DNA of 64,000 bases, taken from NCBI GenBank assembly GCA_000708835.1, contig DF236995.1:218551-282550 (forward strand). Direction: 5' to 3'. The notes under the pieces are model-generated. The model was not told the DNA's origin. It saw only the letters and a list, made by a program, of their open reading frames with translations, and searched no databases. This stretch comes from Klebsormidium nitens. Taxonomy: Eukaryota > Plantae > Klebsormidiophyceae. The stretch's first letter is position 1; every line of letters starts with the position of its first letter. Made by a program: the position numbers and the translations under genes. Shown piece by piece: positions 51,525 through 62,572 of the stretch.

Positions 51525-53776
51525 TCAGTCCTCTGCACTGAGAACTTCCGGAGCGTGCGTGTTCAAGCGGTCGTCGTCGGTAATGCTCGCAGAGTTCAGC
51601 GTCTGCTGGACACGTGTCCTCACGGCGGCCTCGAGGAAGCGCGGAGAGGAAGCGTCGGCGGCCGCAGCAGGCTGCAAGCACCAGAGCGGTTTTCTTCATG
51701 AAGGAGAAGCACCACATGAATGAGTCAAAATATTGGGGCAAGGTCGGCTTCTTTTGACGAGAAGCAGGACCTGGCTGACACCAAGCTTGATACCGGATGG
51801 ATATTTATTTTGGATTCAGAATACTGACACGCGTCCTTCTCCGTAACTACGATCGACCAGGTGACGGTTCTCTGAAAGGTGGTCGAGAAGACCCGTCTCG
51901 TAACCTCAGATAAATCAGCATTTATTGGAGGAAAGCGGAAAATTTTCTTCTTCGAAAGGCAACGATTGAGAGAACCAATCTGACTTCCTTGCGACAGACC
52001 TCAAAGATGCGCAAGCAGGTTTTCAAAAGATTCAAATTAATGTTCAGAAAGGAAAGGAACGATTAAATTTACCCGCTGCCTTTGTGAGTAGGCTGTGCGC
52101 TCATTCGCAGCGGCGGTTTTGGTAGGGGCGACGACAAGATCACTCTCTCCTCGATTCTTGGCCTGCTTGCAGTGCTTCTTGTGGGTTTTCCAGTGCATCT
52201 TCTGATGTTCTTTGCTGCAGCAATCAGGGGAAGGATGTGAATGCTCCGCCTCAGAAAGAAGCGCGCTTTGAAGTCTGAAGTGGATATTTAAAAGCGAAGG
52301 CGGCCTGTATATGAACAAACTGAACTAGATGCAGTCCGCAACAATGCAAGATAGAGCTAAAGAAAGAGTTGAAGGGGGTTCTAAGTGTAGCACAAGCGGC
52401 TCACGAACAGAGTGACAGCAATTTTCGGAATCCTAAGAGACGCATCAACCAGAGCAACGCTCGCGGATCCTCGCATGAACTGGTGCTTATTAATTGAGAA
52501 GATAGAAAGAAAAGGCACGGTCGCAAAGTCAGCAGCATCTTGCAACTTCGTTTTGTCCAAGATAACACCACATACTTCGAAGACGTGGTTTTGACCAACA
52601 GACTTTGCCCTTACAGCTTGCCTGGAAAGATGGCAGACATTCTTGCAAACATTCTTACTGGTATCAGGCTGTAAAGAAGCTGGTCCTGACAAGCGTAAGT
52701 CACTTGCAGTAGATAGCGAGTGAGCAGTTCGCGCATTTTCTGTAAGGCTTGCCGGCGTCCAACGCCGTCCCTGCATCGCACAGGTCCCAAGAACACACAA
52801 CAGGAGCGTCAATGCGACCGTTTGCCCGTGCTGCCAAAAACTTTGCGGAAAGATCCTTCGCATCGTCGCTCAAGCACATCTTCTCCCTGATGTTCCTAAG
52901 AAAGCCAGCTCGGAGCTTCTTCGATCTTTTCTTCTCCGTCTTGGGATCCTGGATCTGTCTGTCGATCTCAAGAATTCCCTGCGCCGACTTTTCAAGATAA
53001 GCACGAATCTCTGCGGGTTGCTTCACATTCTGGCGAGATCCCGCCTTAATTCTGTCCTTGAAACGCTGCTCGATGGCGTCGCCTTTCAAAGCCAACTTCA
53101 TCGTCGCTGCTCGAAGTCTGATCAAACCCCGATCGATTGCCCAATCCTGGCATCCTTCTGAGAGTGCGAAGGTAACTATTAGCCTCATGGTATCATCTGC
53201 AGCCCCGTCTAGCACCCTTGACGGGACTGACTCCATCGTCGCAATTCTATCAAGGAGCTGCTCGAATGCTGGGAACAGATTGTGGGCTGCCTGCAAAGTG
53301 CGGCAGAAAGCTTTTGAAGCTCTGGCAAAGTTGACGATGCCCCTCAGCGCAAGTAGTGCAAAGTAAAGCTCGATGCAGCTGGAATCTTCTGATGACTCCA
53401 TGAAAGCTTTATGCGCGCCCATGAGTGCTGCAACAAGCAAGAGCTTATCCTCCACTTCTTGCAAGCAAAATCTTGCAATCAATTGACTGTCGCTTAGAGC
53501 CACCAGCTTCAGGCAAGCGTCTAAATCGATTGTAAGACTCCCGGAAGAAGTGTCTGTTGAGGCCGTGAAGTTAACGGCCTTCCGCAGAATGCTCTTCACA
53601 AGTGCGCCGCCCTTGTAGGCCAAAATCTCTTGAAGCAGCCTTGAGTACTTAACCCTTGCAACAATGTTCTCTTCACCTTGCGGCTTGAGCTCCTCCAAGC
53701 CTTTAATGGTTTCACATATCGTAGCTGGTTCATCTGACATGAGAATTGCAGCGTACTGCTCGACAAGCTGTTCCAT
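51525..53776 (-). CDS. MYND-type zinc finger protein (copy 2), probably with a C-terminus borrowed from the neighbouring hydrophilin gene
   Basis: Exon 53776-52704 (..VCSWDLC..YRKCANCSLAIYC), exon 52214-52073 (KEHQKMHWKTHKKHCK..) and probable exon 51671-51525. Paralogous to copy 1 along its length, with the same intron position inside MYND. Confidence 0.8.
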
Positions 53777-55443
53777 GACTGCACCTTTCCTCCTTACAGC
53801 GTAACTTCTGTGACTTCTCCTCCTAACGCGCCATTTCGGTGCATGAAAGATCAACGCTCATCTTCTACGCCTGCTTGAGCTTTGACGGCAGGCACACAAT
53901 CACTTGCTTTCGAAGTGGATGGAAAAAGCGTCATCTACAATAGCAGGCTCATCCCTACCAAAGGTCCTTGGAAGGCTGAAAAAGGAATACCAAAAGGAAG
54001 CGCTGGGGAAGGAGGAGCAGCAACGACATGCAGCCTTGACCGCAAGCAGCTGCCTGACAACTGCAGCATTCATGCGTTCACAAGCCATGGCGCTCAGCTT
54101 CTCTATGTGCATCCGCTATTCAAGTGACGAGTCGCTTGCATTCTGTACAGACCTGCCGATACTCAGTCGCTGACATACCGCGCGCGCAGCTGATCTTCGT
54201 TACAGCCTGCGGCGACGCGACCCCTTTGAATCTAGTAATGTTGATCAAATGTAGCACACCTGAGATACGGCCTAGGGTAAGTTAGCTAGGCATTCGCACC
54301 TCAGACATTGATCCCCATGTATGTCAGGGAAGCCTATAGACCATGTGGCTACGACGTTTTGGAAAAAAGATCATCACGAGGATTCAGCCAGACCTTGCGC
54401 TGCAAGAAGCTAGCTAGCGCGTTTCAGCATGTGATCCGAATCCCGAGTGCAACGATCAAACGCTTATATGCATGAGAATGCGCAATCTGCAGTCAACGCA
54501 CGCTGAAGGTCACACAAGCCTGCATGCACGGGCCGGCCACATGGCTCAAGGAAGATGCCATTCGACATGATTTTGGCCAGCATGTCTGCTCAGGGGCCCA
54601 GCCTCCCGGTGATGCGTCCTATCGAAGGTACAGACCTGACAAGATCGATGCCAATGGCAAAAGTTTTGGAGCAGACGTTCTGCATTTTCAAATTCCATTG
54701 AAGAACCATGTTCAGGAGAGTCGGGACATCAGTGACCAAAACCTCATGAAGTTATTTGGCACGAATCGGGAGATTAGGCTCCGAGGAATCTCAAAATGAG
54801 GTCTGGCATCATGGCATGCATATGATCGAGATCCTTGCATGGTAAGCTGTACTAGAGTACCGATAATGTGTACTGCGATGATTGTTGCTATGAAGAATTG
54901 CCTAGCAGGCACATCAACAATCGGGGAACTCGCTACTAATCACACAGATGAATTGGCCAGTGCTCGCCTGAGCTTATCTTGAATGGTTAACGAAGTGTGC
55001 AGGAAACTACTGCTACTCGCAGCTAAGTTAGACCTTTCTTAGACCCTTCTGACGGAAATGGGGGCAAACTTGGGACTAAGAGTATCAACATCCGTTGAGC
55101 ACAATGGTCAGCCCACCACCGCTCTGCCCCCACACGTCTGCAAAAGGACGCCCAGAATTTACAACGCCTTGGAAGGATCCCGATCGAGAGTGTTCGTCAC
55201 CTTCCAAATCCATCTGTGCGGCTTTCATGCCCGTGGGAGTAAACGCGAATTCAGATGTCCTGTCAGAAATTTGTCTTTGTCCAAGTTATCAGTGAACAAA
55301 AATGATATTCCGAAAATGCAGCGTTGGAGAATCCAAACACGGGTCAAAATCTGCTTCTCCTCCTACGCTTGCTATTTTATTCAGATAAGGACTCATCACT
55401 CGATGCAAACCCTAATCCGCTTCCCTCATTCAACCAAACGGGA

Positions 55444-58400
55444 TCATTTGTACTGGTTCCCGCTGCTCTTCTGCACCCTCTCTTTCGCCTCGCCCTCGAA
55501 CACCGCTGCCGCGTGCCGGCCGACCGACTTCGCCTCCTCTAGTTTCTTGGACGCCTCGTTCGTAGCCGTCCGTTCCTTGGTCTCCTTCTGGAATCCAACG
55601 GCTCCGGGCCGTCCCAACTTCTGCCCGTCCTTGAGTTTCTCATGCGCTTCGATAACCTCTAGAGTGTGCTTGTTGGAGCCGATCTCATCGGTGGTGCTCG
55701 TGGGGCCCAGCTTCTGCTGGACGCGTGTCTTCACGGCGTCCTCGCGCGAAGACGGGGAGGTATCGACGGCCGCCGCGCCGGACTGCAGCCGCGGTGAGAT
55801 GCACTTGGGATTCCACGACTGAATTGATTTCATGATGCGAGCATTTTGTGAGGAACAGGTTTTCAGTGCTTTGAAAACGGGCTGTACGCAGACCGATCAT
55901 ACATTAAGCAGCACAGATGAAAACGCAGACGCTGCAAAGATGTCCCCAAAATCATGATCATCAACCCCACCCAACACCCTGCCAAGTTCTCTGGAGCTCA
56001 TCCATAAAGTGAGGCCAAAGACCGTCTACATGCTTGGTATTCATGAAAATCGGGTGAATCCTGTCAACAGGCTACAATTGAGCAAAAGATGTAGCAGCCA
56101 ACAACTTCGTGTTCGACTTCGTCAGCTCAGCATATATTTTCCTTTTAAACAAAGAGAAATCAACAATCAGATCAGGAAATGTACTAGCGGTTGAAGCAAC
56201 CGACAGTGGCCGCCTACCTGCTGCGTGTGCGCGAGCGAGTCGGCGGTGCGCTCAACCGCCGCGCTTTGTGCGGGTGCCACGTCAGACTCCGCCAGATAAC
56301 CTTCCTGAGAGGTGGAGTGTCCGTTCGTCCGCTCGTTGCCCTGCGAGCACCGGAAATGCCTATTATAACGTATCAACATCGAAAAGGTATTACCTTTGCA
56401 ATACTGAAGATTTTAATCGTGATGAAGAAGACTACAATGGACTACAATAAGAGATTTCTGTCTTCAAACCAAGACAGAACACCGTTGGGTGATTATCTTG
56501 CCAGTTCAGCGATGAAGATGGGTTGCTTACCTGCTGCTTGTGCGCGAGTGAGTCGGCGGTGCGCTCCACCGCGTCGCTCTGCGCGGGTGCCACGTCAGAC
56601 TCTGCCAGGTTGCCTTCCTGGGACGTGGAGTGCCCGTTAGATCGCTCGTTCCCCTGCGAGCACCGATTTGTAAGGATTATGCTTAATTTCAAAGTATCAC
56701 CTTTTCAACAGCCAGAACATGAGTACCTTAATCGCCATGAGGAGGACTACGATGGACTCCCGTGCTCGAAAATAAAACCGAGGTGTAAGCTTTTGAGAGA
56801 AGTCAACAGCTCTGGAAGAAGCAGCTCTTGAAAGACGTACTGATACTTCTGATGCGCTGCGTGCAACGCTGCCCCTGCGGACGACTGAATCGAGACTACC
56901 CTTGCGAGCGCGAGCGGTTTGAGAGGGAACGAGTTCGTGCTTTCCAAGGCTGGGCTGTACGCGGCCCGATCATACGTAAACAGAACAGGCAAAAACGGCA
57001 GACGCTGAAAAGATATCCCTAGAATCATGACCATCAATTCCACCCACACCCTGCCACTTCCTGTGGAGCCGATCCATGGGAATTCGGTCAAAAACCGTCT
57101 ACAAGCTGAGAATCAAGAGAAACGATGTAGCAGATAACATCTTCATGTTTGACTTCGTCGCCTCCTTACATTAGGTCTGTTCTCGAACCAAGATCACGCT
57201 CCATAGTAAGGAACCTACTAGCCTTTTGAAGCGACGAACATGGGTTGCCTACCTGCTGCTTGTGCGCGAGTGAGTCGGCGGTGCGCTCCACCGCGTCGCT
57301 CTGCGCGGGTGCCACATCAGACTCCGCCAAGTTGCCTTCCTGGGACGTGGAGTGCCCGTTGGTCCGCTCGTTCCCCTGCGAGCACCGGAAACGGACTTTT
57401 GTAAGTGCATGCTTGTTTTGAAACGTTCCACCTTTTCAATACCCAAACCATAAAAAGTGAGAATTAATCATCATGAAGAGGACTACAATGGGGTCCCGTC
57501 CTCAAATAAAAGCACAGTGTAATTCTTCGAAAGCAGAAAGCGCTCTGGAAAAAGCAGCTCTCGAAAAGGTTCCCGATAAAGCTGCCCTGCGGACGACCTT
57601 CTTCAGACTAATTACTCTTCAAATGACTCTTATCCTTCTCGAGACCACGGCTGTGGCTCGCTCGTAACTTGCAACTTCCGAAACGCAATAACCCAGAAGG
57701 GGGTGATGCCGTACTCGCTCCTTGTGCGACAAGGCGTCAGCAGTCCGCTCGATGGCGTCACTCTCAGCCGGAGCAATATCGGACTCGGCTAAGTTACCCT
57801 CCTGAGAAGTGTGGTACCGATCCGACGACTCTCCCTGCAGACGTTCAACCGTTGTAGTTGCTCACGCGAAAGATGGCCCTTACCGAAACTACTATATCAT
57901 AGTAATTCGCTCTCGCATGCACCAACTTTGAGACGCCAGCCCTGATTCTCGCACTGCCTTTATGCTGCAATTGCGAGCTTGCATGTACGATTGCAAAGCA
58001 CAGTCGTCGAGCTGAAACTCAACTTTCGACACGATCTGAAAGTTTTCCGCATTAAAGATCAGCGCACCGGTGTCTTCTGCACAATATACCGACGCCTTCA
58101 AGGAAATTTCTTGAAAACTTCGCGACCATTCACACTCCGCACCTTCAAAGAGTCAGAGGCCCCTCCCACAGCTTGCTTCGCCTCCTGAATCACCTCCTTC
58201 GCCTTATCGTCGACCTTAGCCTCATCCACCTGACCCTTGAACTCGTGGACCAGGTTCCCGGTCTTCTCCTGCACGTACTCCTTCAGCAGCGTGGCGTCCA
58301 GCAGCCCCTCCTATAAAGCCGAAGTCGCAAAGGTCACCCTTTTGATTCCATTTGTTTTTCGGCACGCAATTCTTGGACCCGTTCAAAGCCCGCAATCTCG

Positions 58401-61366
58401 ATTCTGCTCAAGGTTACAAAGCGAACGGGAAAGGTTGCAGGCGAAATTGAACCAATACAGCATTGTCTGTGCTGCCAGACGGAACGTCCAGACAGAAGCC
58501 AAGCGCGTGGCAATTGTCTGGCAATGCACTGCGAAAAAGTTCATCCTTTAGGTGTCCACTTTCACAATCATTTCAAAGCAGCAATCATCTGCCTTCTTTA
58601 TGGAGGCTCAGCATCAACGTGAGACGAAAGTGAAGGGTTCGCTAACACGGTTCCATTTTAAAGACATCCGACCAACAAACCAGAAAGAGGTAGTAAGACT
58701 AGGAAAACAGCGGCTTTCATCCTACACCCTGATTTTGCAAGGCCTCTTCTTGATGTCTTAGCTCACCTTGACAGGTTCCGGGATCTTCTTGGCCAGCTTC
58801 TCCGGGTCGTCCAGGTCCCTCACCGCTTCCGCTACACCGCTGGCTGCTTCCTTGATCTTTGCAAAAGCCCCCTTGGCGGCCTCCTCGCCCTTCTGCGCTC
58901 CCTCCTTCACTGCTCTTTCGCCCTTCTCAAGCCCCTCCTTCGCAGTGTTCTTAGCATCTTCAGCGCCCCTCTCAAGCCCCTCCTTCGCAGTTTTCTTGGC
59001 ATCTTCAGCGCCCCCCGCCGCTCTGTCGGCCGCTCTCTGCACTGCCTCTGTCTCCGCTGGTTCGACATCCGACTGCGCCAGGTTCCCCTCTGATGACATA
59101 TCGGCCGCACGATCTGCTGCTCTTTGGACGGCCTCCGACTCTGCTGGCTCGACATCGGACTGTGCAAGGTTGCCTTCGGATGACATGTCAGCCGCACGAT
59201 CTGCAGCTTTTTGGACGGCCTCCGACTCTGCTGGCTCGACATCGGACTGTGCAAGGTTGCCTTCGGAAGACATGTCAGCCGCACGATCTGCAGCTCCTTG
59301 GACGGCCTCCGACTCTGCTCGCTCGACATCGGACTGGGCTAGGTTGCCTTCTGATGACATGTTTGCCGCGCTGTCTGTGGCCCTCTGCACAGCGGGGCTC
59401 TCTGCTGGCTCCATGCCGCCTTGGCTGGGTTCGTCGTCAGTGGAAATCAGCTTGCTGCCACGGAAAAGGTCCTGCAAGCAAGCAGGCAGAACGGTCATGA
59501 GAGGCTGCAACACTGCAAGCTCCTTCACCCAACATCAACATCATCATTGTGCGCGACTGCGAGCAAGCTCAGAACTTGCAATGCTGGCTCACTGTCCTCC
59601 AGCATTGACCTGAGCCAGGATGTCTTTGGGCTGAGGTAACCGCTTGCCAGATCAAGTCCCATTTTAGCGACTATTGAAGCAGATTATGCTCAACACAATG
59701 AGCCTAGTGAAACGACGTGACTTGACCTTATCGAGTGAGCTAATGCACAATGACTACTTTTAGAAGGGGCATAGGGATCGCAGACAGTTCACATAGGCCA
59801 TAAAGCTAGATGCAACACACCCCTTTTTTTTCAGCGTCCACATCGACGACCTTCTCGGTGGCTGCCGTGTAAGCTGGCTCATCTGATGGTTGCGGCCCAT
59901 CGGCTGCTGAAATGAGCCTACTCCCCTTGAATGTATCCTGCAAACCAAAGGATGACCTCTTTTGATTAAGAATCATTGGCAACTAACGCCTTGTCGTGTA
60001 AAAGGACCATGGCAGAGAACCAGTGCCTTGCAAGAACAGCAGATCCCTTTCAACACCTGCCTGTGAACTATGATTTGAGTTATCCTGCAGCCTCCACATC
60101 AACCTTTTACAAATGCAGCACATCTTATTTCCCAAGGTTTCCCTATGAGGAATAAGCTCAATCCCCTCTGACATTTTCATATGGCATGGGAACCATTTGC
60201 ATACCGGTGGTCGAGAAACGGAGTCCCTGTTGATGAATCCATTGGTTTGGTCATAAACTTACAAGTCCTAAAGAGCTCACCCCAGTGCTGCTCGCAGCAT
60301 TGTCTGCTGCCTTTTGAACTGCAGGGCTCTCTGCTGGCTCGACATCAGACTGAGCAAGATTGCCCTCAGACGACACGCTCCCTGCAGCGAGGTACTTCTG
60401 TTCAGCTTTCCGAAAATCCATGATGAAAGTAAACATATTCAAGCATGTCCATCATCCTGAATCTCAAGAACGTGATCTGCAACGTCAGGGACACGGGTGA
60501 GATTGTCCAGATTCGACCAACATCTTGAAACATCTAAATGGCATCATCTCAGATGCAAGGACACAATCTGGGGCTGACCTTCTTCTGCCATTTGATCTAT
60601 CTCCTCAGCCATGGAAGACTGAAGAATTCCTGGTTGTGTCAATGTGGAGTCTCCAGCTGCGAAAGAAATGTTTACATAAAATGTCATCCAAAGGACACGA
60701 CAAGCAGGTCTCGTCACATGCGGTGACCGATGAGACCTCAAAATTATGCACTTCAACCACTTGGTTTGTTTCTGCTGCATAGATTGATCAGACCATGGTT
60801 ATTTTCTATCTCAGCAAACGAAACACAACCCCTCCGGAAACAACAAGCTAAGCCCTGTCAACAAGCACAAGTGCTGGGACCATAGCAATCTCAGAATCTG
60901 AACCTGGACCAGCATGCAAAGGGTTTATCCATAAGAGTGGGCGAAGACCAGAACCAGACTCCTAAGAATGCACTGATTGCATTGCAATCTCACAAGATAT
61001 CCAGGTACCACCACCCCTCTTGCTTCTTGACCATGTGAAGAAACAGAGAAGATCTTCAATGGCTATGCACTTACCCCCAACAAGCTCCTTCCCTCTGCCT
61101 GTAGGCCGCGACTGCTGGATGTCTGCAGCCAGCTTTACTGGATCAATGCTGGCCCTGGCACCCCTCGCACCCAAGCTTCGTGTTGCACCAGCCCTTTTGC
61201 AAGGTGCATTGATCCACAGCTTGCTGCCAGCTGAGAAAGTGGCGGCAGCATGCGCCGCATTTGAAACCCTTCGGCCAGACCCATCAGTACGGCTTCCTTG
61301 AGAAGAAGAGAAGCAAAGATTCGGGGAAACAATTGATTCCAGCCTGCTTGCAGCTGAAAACGCCAT
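55444..61366 (-). CDS. Repeat-rich hydrophilic (LEA/hydrophilin-like) protein; 5' exon structure and transit peptide uncertain
   Basis: Phase-0 exons 59471-58767, 58310-58143, 57834-57715, 57375-57253, 56653-56531, 56340-56218 and 55782-55444 all splice in frame. A/E/K/S/D-rich, with AKEGLEKGERAVKEGAQKGEEAAK-type LEA-like helices. Candidate upstream exons at 61366-61074 (transit-peptide-like), 60658-60581, 60383-60281 and ~59894-59821. Confidence 0.75.
55880..57840 (-). repeat. Tandem exon+intron duplication units of the hydrophilin gene
   Basis: Three near-identical 123-nt exons plus a diverged 120-nt one. The introns are also homologous (55890-56020 vs 56930-57070; 56370-56450 vs 56690-56770 vs 57415-57500). 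Confidence 0.95.
59025..59420 (-). repeat. 87-bp (29-aa) coding tandem repeat, ~4.5 copies
   Basis: MSSEGNLAQSDVEPAESEAVQRAADRAAD repeated in ORF 58758..59528. Confidence 0.97.
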
Positions 61367-61837
61367 AACTGCTGACTAACCGGGTCACAGGGTCGAATGC
61401 TCAGTATAGGGATGAGCAGAAGCAAGACTTAAGAAACTGGTCAACTTGTTTCGCAAGGAACAAGGTGAAACTGTCTAGCAGGTGGTGGTCGCCTGTTGTG
61501 CTGTTCTGAGCTGAATCTTTTCGCAATTGCGAAATGCAGCAGCAACGTTCGCTAGGAAGGAGAAAGGAGGAAGGAAAGGAGCCGAAAGAAGATCAGCTTC
61601 AGCGGCCAGCCCAGCTCCAGCTGTTGAGGGACAACTGGGTTTGCTGACGTGCATGTCACAGAAGGGCTCCGCAATTGACGGGTTACAGATCAGAGTGCCA
61701 AGTAAGCAGTTGACGTCAGATCTCGGACGGCAGACGGCATTATACCCTACCATCCGAAGCACTGCGTCCAAATTGGTGCAATTGGGAAATCAAACGTCCG
61801 ACAGTTCCAAGGACGCCACTTGTCAGACCCTGTAGAG

Positions 61838-61888
61838 CCGCCCACCTGAACGGGCCAGCGTGATGTTCAAACCCGCCCAGACCCGCCC
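61838..61888. promoter_or_regulatory. Three CCGCCC GC boxes in the divergent hydrophilin/SWIM intergenic region
   Basis: CCGCCC at 61838, 61873 and 61883; any promoter role is inferred from position only. Confidence 0.3.
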
Positions 61889-62572
61889 CAGGTTAACCAG
61901 CTAACCCCGAGTTGACCATATGACCAGAAAACGTCGATAAACGTCTGCTGCTCTAGAACGTCCATCCTCGCTCTTCTTAGCGCAGGCGGCAAATGCAGGT
62001 ATGCAGGCTGCAATGTATGTAGTTGCCTCACACGTGACTTTCGTTAATACTACTCGGGATTGACATTCTTGTCATGCAGGAGACTTGAAGTGGGAACGTC
62101 CCTGCCGGGGAACAGAAGGCGGCAGACGATCATTCACTCCGCAACAGCCATGACAGCCAGCTGGGCTTCAAGTTGGGCCTACCAAATAGAGTTCAGCATT
62201 ATCTGAACGGTCTAGAATGATCCATGCAGATCGGATGGTGCAGATGCATCAACGATTGTGACGGATTCCCACTGCCGGTAAATAATACTGGAGAGGATTG
62301 CCACGTCACCACCCCCGTCGAGATGTATCGTCAAATTCGAGGCCCGAGCGTCGAATCGCACGAACTTAGGGACTTGCGACCGGGCATCGGAGGGTATTCT
62401 CCGAGTAGAGGTCGGTTGACGAACTTAGGGAGTTGAATCGAGCATCTGAGGGCATATTCGTAGACCTAGAGGGCCCGGGAAATTCGGACCGAGGAGCAAG
62501 GTAGAATGTGCCAAGGAGAGAGTGTCTCATTGACTTAGGGGGAAGCTTCTGCCCTAGGATCAAGCAAGGGGG

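Noticed and set aside
58768-59613. 281-aa plus-strand repetitive ORF
   Set aside because: Antisense frame of the 87-bp coding repeat; the splice sites support the minus strand.
61020-61835. Plus-strand ORFs 61020..61301 and 61527..61835
   Set aside because: No recognisable domain; they overlap the probable first exon or promoter of the minus-strand hydrophilin.
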